NCBI GenBank assembly: GCA_002633005.1
Contig: NMRA01000050.1
Span: 451,353-515,352, forward strand
DNA length: 64,000 nt
Reading direction: 5' to 3'
Source of the DNA: Phoronis australis
Lineage: Eukaryota > Animalia > Phoronida
Numbering within the stretch: position 1 is the stretch's first letter; each line of letters starts with the position of its first letter. Shown here in pieces: positions 62,401-64,000 of this stretch. The notes beneath the pieces were generated by a model. It was not told the origin of the DNA, ran no database searches, and saw nothing but the letters and a program-made list of their open reading frames with translations. A program made the translations under genes and the position numbers.

Positions 62401-62590
62401 GCTGAGCCTATCCAGATTCAGTGCCGCAGTGCCGGTCCATTAAAGACGCCATATCAACACACTGGCCAGACAGTGCGTTGTAACTTATGGGAGGGACTGG
62501 TATGCAACCACAAGGACCAGAAGGCCAACGACCCATTCTGCTACAACTATGAAGTCAGACTGGGTTGTCTCAAGAACACTTCTGAGTGTC
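3078..62590 (+). CDS. Giant multi-exon gel-forming mucin / hemocytin-like gene (Sushi x2 - VWD/C8/TIL x3 - PTS with CysD x14, F5/8 type C x6, TIL); partial at both ends
   Basis: 73 exon positions with AG/GT (one GC) boundaries whose phases chain into one stop-free frame of 19,152 nt; recognisable motifs: GDPH/GDSH-Y-x-TFDG, (C)GLCG, C8 and TIL cysteine patterns, WxxW...C-x-D-Y-E-(V/I)-R-x-x-C-x-C, W(I/L)Q(V/I)D...TQG...R-x-E-x-x-GC. Confidence 0.93.
4033..4154 (+). CDS. exon 2a: Sushi 1 C-half variant A ([15 protein letters not shown]...[13 protein letters not shown])
   Basis: atccag / gtaagc; 122 nt; phase 2-1. Confidence 0.85.
4464..4749. mobile_element. short non-autonomous DNA element (MITE-like) with 5-bp TSD
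   Basis: imperfect TIRs CATGCGCGCACCAG / CTGGGTTCGCCCATG flanked by GTAGA at 4459-4463 and 4750-4754; internal G-run and N gap (4702-4706). Confidence 0.6.
4884..5005 (+). CDS. exon 2b: Sushi 1 C-half variant B ([15 protein letters not shown]...[13 protein letters not shown])
   Basis: atatag / gtaaat; 122 nt; phase 2-1; colinear homologue of exon 2a. Confidence 0.85.
5587..5685 (+). CDS. exon 3: Sushi 2 N-half ([17 protein letters not shown]...CTVRCID)
   Basis: tgttag / gtgagc; phase 1-1. Confidence 0.88.
6943..7098 (+). CDS. exon 4: Sushi 2 C-half + short Thr/Pro linker
   Basis: ctgcag / gtgggt; [18 protein letters not shown]; phase 1-1. Confidence 0.85.
7437..7708 (+). CDS. exon 5: VWD1 start ([15 protein letters not shown])
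   Basis: gaccag / gtaata; VWD motif. Confidence 0.9.
8118..8230. repeat. intronic minisatellite, 36-bp unit x3
   Basis: CAGGACTCAAYTGYACATATGCTGGAGTGACATCTT at 8118, 8160, 8196. Confidence 0.85.
8389..8452 (+). pseudogene. decayed intronic copy of the 5' part of exon 6
   Basis: reads [18 protein letters not shown] versus [18 protein letters not shown] in exon 6, then a 1-nt insertion and stop. Confidence 0.6.
8485..8607 (+). CDS. exon 6: VWD1
   Basis: ttgtag / gtatgc; GFKVKWD; phase 0-0. Confidence 0.9.
9026..9173 (+). CDS. exon 7: VWD1 end (TCGLCGRYD)
   Basis: tcctag / gtatgg; CGLCG motif. Confidence 0.9.
9443..9567 (+). CDS. exon 8: C8-1 start
   Basis: ttacag / gtgaga; phase 1-0. Confidence 0.9.
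10008..10167 (+). CDS. exon 9: C8-1 ([10 protein letters not shown]...WRSPSLC)
   Basis: ttacag / gtaagc; C8 motif. Confidence 0.92.
10591..10714 (+). CDS. exon 10: TIL1 (CGSACPRTC...CVDGCHCP)
   Basis: cttcag / gtgagt; phase 1-2. Confidence 0.92.
11458..11565 (+). CDS. exon 11: TIL1/E1 (CIKQEDCPC...DCNT)
   Basis: ttccag / gtcagt; phase 2-2. Confidence 0.9.
11942..12161 (+). CDS. exon 12: E1 / VWD2 start ([14 protein letters not shown])
   Basis: tggcag / gtgagt; phase 2-0. Confidence 0.92.
12366..12491 (+). CDS. exon 13: VWD2
   Basis: tatcag / gtatgt; LYVNG...LPY. Confidence 0.9.
12997..13107. repeat. intronic minisatellite, 27-bp unit x4
   Basis: ACTATTGAATTGGGCATGRCAGGACAT at 12997, 13024, 13051, 13078. 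Confidence 0.9.
13181..13296 (+). CDS. exon 14: VWD2 (WDG...[10 protein letters not shown])
   Basis: gcctag / gtatgt; phase 0-2. Confidence 0.92.
14033..14345. repeat. intronic minisatellite, 63-bp unit x~5
   Basis: TTCATCAGTCTAGTRTCAGTCTGGTCGTTATTCATARCATCATTCACGGAACACTTTGGATCA repeated in tandem. Confidence 0.9.
14737..14933 (+). CDS. exon 15: VWD2 end / C8-2 start
   Basis: ctttag / gtatca; DDFRT...FGNKWK. Confidence 0.92.
15227..15397 (+). CDS. exon 16: C8-2
   Basis: ttccag / gtaagg; CHDVVD...CLFDVC. Confidence 0.92.
15829..16066 (+). CDS. exon 17: TIL2/E2
   Basis: ttgcag / gtaact; CGSSCKRTC...CVEGCNCP. Confidence 0.92.
16296..16458 (+). CDS. exon 18: E2 / TIL' start
   Basis: ccacag / gtaagc; phase 2-0. 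Confidence 0.9.
16956..17095 (+). CDS. exon 19: TIL'/E'
   Basis: ctgcag / gtatgt; CKAGCQC...CPCHH. Confidence 0.92.
17759..18006 (+). CDS. exon 20: VWD3 start ([14 protein letters not shown]...[12 protein letters not shown])
   Basis: ttacag / gttggt; D3-type motif. Confidence 0.92.
18587..18771 (+). CDS. exon 21: VWD3 (WDKGTRLYV)
   Basis: ttgtag / gtaggc; phase 1-0. Confidence 0.9.
18895..18960. repeat. degenerate (TGTA)n microsatellite
   Basis: tgtatgtatgcatgtttgtatgtatgcatg... run. Confidence 0.7.
19308..19570 (+). CDS. exon 22: VWD3 end / C8-3 start (VEGLCGNFN)
   Basis: gttaag / gtaagt; phase 0-2. Confidence 0.92.
19902..20032 (+). CDS. exon 23: C8-3 ([15 protein letters not shown])
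   Basis: cttcag / gtatgt; hallmark D3 motif. Confidence 0.93.
20474..20589 (+). CDS. exon 24: TIL3 start ([11 protein letters not shown])
   Basis: tttcag / gtgagt; phase 1-0. Confidence 0.9.
20644..20809 (+). repeat. 40-42-bp tandem repeat carrying consensus 5' splice sites
   Basis: CAATTGGAACACTTTTCACTGAGAAGGTAAGTCTG units; GT at 20652, 20694, 20734, 20776. Confidence 0.85.
21344..21528 (+). CDS. exon 25: TIL3/E3
   Basis: cttcag / gtcagt; CVEGC...CNQCQM. Confidence 0.9.
22530..22706 (+). CDS. exon 26: E3 end + first PTS segment
   Basis: ttctag / gtgagt; phase 2-2. Confidence 0.88.
23322..23442 (+). CDS. exon 27: CysD1 N-part
   Basis: attcag / gtttgt; GWTPYMD...GDLET. Confidence 0.9.
23847..23940. 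repeat. inverted repeat: 40-bp arms, 14-nt spacer (hairpin / mini-MITE)
   Basis: 23847-23886 is the reverse complement of 23901-23940 at 37 of 40 positions. Confidence 0.85.
24058..24220 (+). CDS. exon 28: CysD1 C-part ([12 protein letters not shown])
   Basis: ttgcag / gtttgt. Confidence 0.92.
24756..25649 (+). CDS. exon 29: PTS - CysD2 - PTS
   Basis: ttctag / gtaagt; phase 1-1; within ORF 24605..25669. Confidence 0.92.
25788..25852. repeat. degenerate (CA)n microsatellite
   Basis: cacacacacccaaacacagacac...cactcacaca. Confidence 0.65.
26213..26358 (+). CDS. exon 30: CysD3 N-part (GWTKW)
   Basis: ttacag / gtacca; phase 1-0. Confidence 0.88.
26950..27081. repeat. intronic minisatellite, ~42-bp unit x3
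   Basis: TCCATTTTGGGATGGATTTGGCATATTCTGCGCCACCTTGTG repeated. Confidence 0.85.
28168..28306 (+). CDS. exon 31: CysD3 C-part ([12 protein letters not shown])
   Basis: ttgtag / gtaagt. Confidence 0.92.
28913..29098 (+). CDS. exon 32: F5/8 type C domain 1, part 1 (DSQLSASS...QWIQVDF)
   Basis: tttcag / gtgcgt; phase 1-1. Confidence 0.9.
30024..30145 (+). CDS. exon 33: F5/8 domain 1, part 2 (IRTWG...WVTEYRV)
   Basis: tttcag / gtattc; phase 1-0. Confidence 0.9.
30564..30708 (+). CDS. exon 34: F5/8 domain 1, part 3 (IFTAN...MRFGVYGC)
   Basis: ttttag / gtggga; phase 0-1. Confidence 0.9.
31311..32103 (+). CDS. exon 35: PTS (32-aa repeats) + CysD4 N-part (WTPW)
   Basis: atttag / gtaggc; phase 1-2. 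Confidence 0.92.
31409..31843 (+). repeat. coding tandem repeat, 96-nt (32-aa) unit x~4.5
   Basis: [32 protein letters not shown]; CCTGTGTCG recurs at 31502 and 31598. Confidence 0.9.
32334..32527. repeat. intronic minisatellite, 23-bp unit x~8.4
   Basis: CATAATCCTGSGACAACATTATA, ending about 20 nt before the exon 36 acceptor. Confidence 0.92.
32549..32742 (+). CDS. exon 36: CysD4 C-part
   Basis: ttgcag / gtaagt; [12 protein letters not shown]. Confidence 0.92.
32981..33281 (+). CDS. exon 37: short PTS + CysD5 N-part (WSQW)
   Basis: gtgcag / gtaagt; phase 1-2. Confidence 0.92.
33631..33851 (+). CDS. exon 38: CysD5 C-part + PTS
   Basis: ctttag / gtgagt; phase 2-1. Confidence 0.9.
34286..34860 (+). 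CDS. exon 39: PTS (96-nt repeats x~3.5) + CysD6 N-part (WTQW)
   Basis: cttcag / gtaaga; unit [32 protein letters not shown]. Confidence 0.92.
35132..35270 (+). CDS. exon 40: CysD6 C-part
   Basis: actaag / gtaagt; [10 protein letters not shown]. Confidence 0.9.
35451..35906 (+). CDS. exon 41: PTS (111-nt repeats x3)
   Basis: ttctag / gtaagg; unit [37 protein letters not shown]. Confidence 0.9.
36018..36177 (+). CDS. exon 42: F5/8 domain 2, part 1 (CIKPMG...ARL...GAWVP)
   Basis: ttttag / gtttgt; phase 1-2. Confidence 0.9.
36364..36535 (+). CDS. exon 43: F5/8 domain 2, part 2 (QWIQVDF...TQGR)
   Basis: ccacag / gtgcgt; phase 2-0. Confidence 0.92.
36763..37648 (+). CDS. exon 44: F5/8 domain 2 end + PTS (126-nt repeats) + CysD7 start (WTPW)
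   Basis: cttcag / gtacat; phase 0-1. Confidence 0.92.
37939..38115 (+). CDS. exon 45: CysD7 middle (GC donor)
   Basis: ctttag / G|gcaagt; phase 1-1 matches next acceptor. Confidence 0.82.
38335..39166 (+). CDS. exon 46: CysD7 end + PTS (111-nt repeats x~6)
   Basis: ttacag / gtaatc; unit [37 protein letters not shown]. Confidence 0.9.
39672..39949 (+). CDS. exon 47: CysD8 (WTNW...[12 protein letters not shown])
   Basis: ctccag / gtaggc; phase 2-1. Confidence 0.92.
40045..40137. repeat. intronic tandem duplication, 45-bp x2
   Basis: CTGCTGTGTACTTGTAAATTATGTAATGCTTTTGAACTTCCAGTC at 40045 and 40090. Confidence 0.85.
40782..41215 (+). CDS. exon 48: PTS (81-nt repeats x~5)
   Basis: cttcag / gtatga; unit [27 protein letters not shown]. 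Confidence 0.88.
41839..42021 (+). CDS. exon 49: CysD9 N-part
   Basis: ttgtag / gtgagc; CDWSPY...DGDFET...IECR. Confidence 0.9.
42360..42474 (+). CDS. exon 50: CysD9 C-part
   Basis: ttacag / gtgagt; [10 protein letters not shown]. Confidence 0.92.
42616..42726. repeat. intronic tandem duplication, 56-bp x2
   Basis: TTGTTATTTGAAAGACACAGTGTCCCTGCGTGAATACAACTATGGCCATTAGTAT at 42616 and 42672. Confidence 0.85.
42867..42995 (+). CDS. exon 51: PTS
   Basis: ttgtag / gtaaat; phase 1-1. Confidence 0.85.
43370..43535. repeat. degenerate intronic tandem repeat (~40-bp)
   Basis: recurring ATGTAGYTTGTGGATTTCATAAAACACT-like units. Confidence 0.65.
43740..43984 (+). CDS. exon 52: stand-alone TIL-like domain ([18 protein letters not shown]...CIPGC)
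   Basis: tcgtag / gtcagt; phase 1-0; TIL cysteine spacing. Confidence 0.88.
44244..44462 (+). CDS. exon 53: E/VWC-like end (CSSCICW) + PTS
   Basis: ctgtag / gtatcg; phase 0-0. Confidence 0.88.
44800..45320 (+). CDS. exon 54: CysD10 + PTS + CysD11 start
   Basis: cttcag / gtacca; WTEW...[10 protein letters not shown]. Confidence 0.92.
46332..46480 (+). CDS. exon 55: CysD11 middle
   Basis: caacag / gtgagt; phase 2-1. Confidence 0.9.
46581..46768. repeat. intronic minisatellite, 43-bp unit x~4.4
   Basis: GTTACTATCACTGGTTACAGCAATCTGCTATTAATTGGGTCAC repeated. Confidence 0.88.
46744..47020. repeat. dispersed repeat fragment, homologous to 57253-57500
   Basis: shared colinear blocks GTGGATCACGT, ACAACAGTATCAATA, CCAAATT.TGTTTG.TATGAA, TTTTTCATAAAATC.TGAAA. 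Confidence 0.7.
47470..49464 (+). CDS. exon 56 (1995 nt): CysD11 end, PTS 111-nt repeats, CysD12, PTS 111-nt repeats, CysD13 start
   Basis: gtttag / gtaaga; phase 1-1; contains ORF 47559..49553 frame. Confidence 0.93.
49826..50023 (+). CDS. exon 57: CysD13 C-part
   Basis: ttttag / gtaagt; [12 protein letters not shown]. Confidence 0.92.
50511..51017 (+). CDS. exon 58: PTS (123-nt repeats x~2.7)
   Basis: tttcag / gtaatt; phase 1-1. Confidence 0.9.
51308..51464 (+). CDS. exon 59: F5/8 domain 3, part 1
   Basis: taatag / gtaggt; CLEPM...QLKASS...SRL...GAWMP. Confidence 0.9.
51783..51926. mobile_element. short dimeric MITE-like element with 5-bp TSD
   Basis: TIR-like ends CAGTGGCGGCGCA / TGCGCCGCCCATG, flanked by GGAGT at 51778-51782 and 51927-51931; two internal copies of AGCACTGAAAAAAGT.GGGGCTA.AGCCCCC. 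Confidence 0.65.
52057..52373 (+). CDS. exon 60: F5/8 domain 3, part 2 (QWLQIDL...TQGR...LRVELLGC)
   Basis: atatag / gtaagt; phase 2-1. Confidence 0.93.
52576..52719 (+). CDS. exon 61: PTS linker
   Basis: ttctag / gtatgg; phase 1-1. Confidence 0.85.
53053..53183 (+). CDS. exon 62: F5/8 domain 4, part 1
   Basis: ttgtag / gtcagt; CIDDMG...QMTASS...ARL; phase 1-0. Confidence 0.88.
53168..53233 (+). repeat. 22-bp x3 repeat spanning exon 62 donor
   Basis: AATGGGAGTTACCACG|GTCAGY at 53168, 53190, 53212. Confidence 0.9.
53673..53870 (+). CDS. exon 63: F5/8 domain 4, part 2
   Basis: ttacag / gtacag; GGWVP...QWLQIDF. Confidence 0.92.
54475..54619 (+). CDS. exon 64: F5/8 domain 4, part 3
   Basis: ttgcag / gtgagt; EFEGN...RLEFKGC. 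Confidence 0.92.
55170..55793 (+). CDS. exon 65: PTS (126-nt repeats)
   Basis: tttcag / gtgagt; phase 1-1. Confidence 0.9.
56420..56742 (+). CDS. exon 66: F5/8 domain 5, part 1
   Basis: ttgcag / gttggt; CTEDMG...QWIQVDF...TTQGR. Confidence 0.92.
57253..57500. repeat. dispersed repeat fragment, homologous to 46744-47020
   Basis: same colinear conserved blocks as the copy in the intron after exon 55. Confidence 0.7.
57754..57901 (+). CDS. exon 67: F5/8 domain 5, part 2
   Basis: ttccag / gtaatg; IFSGN...LRFEIKGC. Confidence 0.92.
58096..58303. repeat. intronic minisatellite, 29-bp unit x~7
   Basis: AGCCAATTACCCTATGCAGGCCTTTAATG near-perfect tandem copies. Confidence 0.93.
58405..59360. mobile_element. 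non-autonomous TIR element (~956 bp), PIF/Harbinger-like MITE
   Basis: 15-bp TIRs GGGCCCGTTTCATGA / TCATGAAACAGGTCC (13/15 match); 3-bp flanks CAG / TAG; internal direct repeat CGACCTCAGATTT; no transposase ORF. Confidence 0.65.
59390..59437. repeat. (GTT)n microsatellite
   Basis: gttgttgttgtt... run. Confidence 0.9.
59492..59542 (+). CDS. exon 68: 51-nt PTS micro-exon ([16 protein letters not shown])
   Basis: ttgtag / gtaaga; phase 1-1; PTS composition. Confidence 0.8.
60013..60191 (+). CDS. exon 69: F5/8 domain 6, part 1
   Basis: ttttag / gtgagt; CEEPMGM...QITASS...SRLN...GGW. Confidence 0.92.
60606..60749 (+). CDS. exon 70: F5/8 domain 6, part 2
   Basis: ttgtag / gtgagt; VDF...TQGR; phase 0-0. 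Confidence 0.92.
61021..61209 (+). repeat. perfect 60-bp x3 repeat spanning exon 71 acceptor
   Basis: CTCTTTATTGACTTTCAG|TTGTTTGCTGCTAACCATGATAGTGATACTGTGGTGACTAAC identical at 61021, 61081, 61141. Confidence 0.95.
61159..61306 (+). CDS. exon 71: F5/8 domain 6, part 3 (alternative in-frame starts 61039 and 61099)
   Basis: tttcag / gtaagt; LFAAN...MRMEILGC; 148 nt matches paralogous exons 34, 64, 67 (145-148 nt). Confidence 0.85.
61675..61833 (+). CDS. exon 72: PTS
   Basis: attcag / gtaaga; phase 1-1. Confidence 0.88.
62291..62590 (+). CDS. exon 73: CysD14 (WNEW...[10 protein letters not shown]); gene continues downstream
   Basis: ccatag / gtaagt; phase 1-1; no in-exon stop. Confidence 0.92.
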
Positions 62591-62973
62591 GTAAGTCTTA
62601 ATTGTCACATTGAACAGTTTGGGCTTGAGGGGTAACTAGTCTGCATAGTTGCTTAGAATTTTGCAAGTCTTGGGTGTCGCTTACACACAATATGCTTTTT
62701 GAAACTGACAAGTGAAAGTGGATCTGTGTGAGCCGTGCTGTTATTCATACAACTGTCCCAGATGGTCTGTGTAATTAAATATGGCTTAACAAAGGGTTTA
62801 TGGTCCTGGCTGAGAAGATAAATCTTTTATTATCCCCTATGAGTTTTAAATAGCCAAGCATGGAATAACAAGGGCATGTGGTAGGTCAGGTGTCAAAAGA
62901 ACTAAGTCATGCTGAAGGCCTAGTTCAGGACGTCTCTTCACCTAATTTCATTCAAAACTATTGAAAAATTGAC

Positions 62974-63171
62974 TGATTGCAGTGCACTCTCACTGGCAAT
63001 AGTACTGTCTACTGTGTGACCATGATTGCAGTGCACTCTTACTGGCAATAGTACTGTCTACTGTGTGACCATGATTGCAGTGCACTCTCACTGGCAATAG
63101 TACTGTCTACTGTGTGACCATGATTGCAGTGCACTCTCACTGGCAATAGTACTGTCTACTGTGTGACCATG
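62974..63171. repeat. intronic minisatellite, 49-bp unit x4
   Basis: TGATTGCAGTGCACTCTCACTGGCAATAGTACTGTCTACTGTGTGACCA at 62974, 63023, 63072, 63121. Confidence 0.93.
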
Positions 63172-64000
63172 TTCATTGATAATAGCATTAACTACTCCAC
63201 CACACTCGGCATTCACCTTCAAATGAAGTGTTAGACGTCTTAACCCTTATCCTGCTGAGCCTCTGTTCAGACTACTTTCCCTGTGTGCTGAGCTAACTAG
63301 GTCACCACTACTGCTGTACACTAAGCTATTGTGGAGGTCACCCAGACTAATGACCTAATAATTTTAAATTAGAAATTTGAAGGGGAAATATTAATTAAAC
63401 AGAAAAGAAGTCAATATAAAACTTGTGCAGAATTTAATGGAGATTTTCACCATGTGTAAGTCTTTATCATAACCTTGGTGAAAGTAAACTGATCCACTGT
63501 CATCCTATCCCATATGGCTCCAGCCATGTAATGAAACTGTGTCTACACTTACATAAACCTGCCAATATCTCCCAAACTATTAATCACAGCCATATGGTTT
63601 AAATTGGAGAACTGTAGAGGAAACTGTGAAGTATGGAATGCTGGGGGTCACATATCTAAACAACATTACAGGGCTCTTACAATTTCTGAATGAAAATCAC
63701 AAGTGTACTGGGGTGAGTGCACTCTCCTAGCACAGCCCAGCTGTAACTTATTATAGTCGATTGAGTACACCCAACGCATTTTAATAGTATAATTGGTATG
63801 TCGGCTGACCTCGCCTAGCGCAGGATAAGGGTTAAGAATTCTGGAATAATAATTGTGCATAGACTCGACGGTTCCTAATGAAACTGCACCGTGTTTTCAG
63901 CTTGGTTCTTCCTGCTGTTTTAAAATGTGATGAATACAGTTTGTCCTTCTTGATGTTGTTTATTGACCTAAGTGCCACCTTACCTATCTGTTACGTTTTT

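Noticed and set aside
3078-62590. Assigning a specific symbol (MUC2, MUC5, SSPO, hemocytin)
   Set aside because: No LDLa/TSP1 repeats of SCO-spondin are seen, and the architecture matches none of these exactly; orthology needs a phylogeny

Overview
Eukaryotic (invertebrate-like, intron-rich, AT-rich) genomic DNA occupied almost entirely by one giant + strand gene that probably starts upstream of the first exon I can map and clearly continues past the window. By hand I mapped 73 exon positions (74 exons counting a duplicated pair) from 3078 to 62590. Their GT/GC-AG boundaries are phase-compatible and join into one uninterrupted frame of 19,152 nt (about 6,380 aa). Architecture: two Sushi/CCP domains, three von Willebrand D assemblies (VWD-C8-TIL-E; D1-D2-D'D3), then Pro/Thr/Ser-rich mucin segments interleaved with 14 CysD (WxxW) domains, 6 F5/8 type C (discoidin) domains and one stand-alone TIL/E module. 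This is a gel-forming-mucin/hemocytin-like secreted glycoprotein. The most notable observations are (i) two homologous 122-nt Sushi exons whose phases forbid co-inclusion (candidate mutually exclusive exons); (ii) repeated tandem duplication of splice junctions, including a triplicated in-frame acceptor with its own branch point and an array of decoy donors; (iii) near-identical PTS blocks up to 18 kb apart between diverged globular domains; (iv) a GDPH motif in D2 and a GC-AG intron. Introns carry several MITE-like elements, a 94-nt hairpin and many unrelated minisatellites. There is no CRISPR array, rRNA or prokaryotic gene. Exon calls are manual and lack transcript evidence; species and orthology cannot be determined from the sequence alone.
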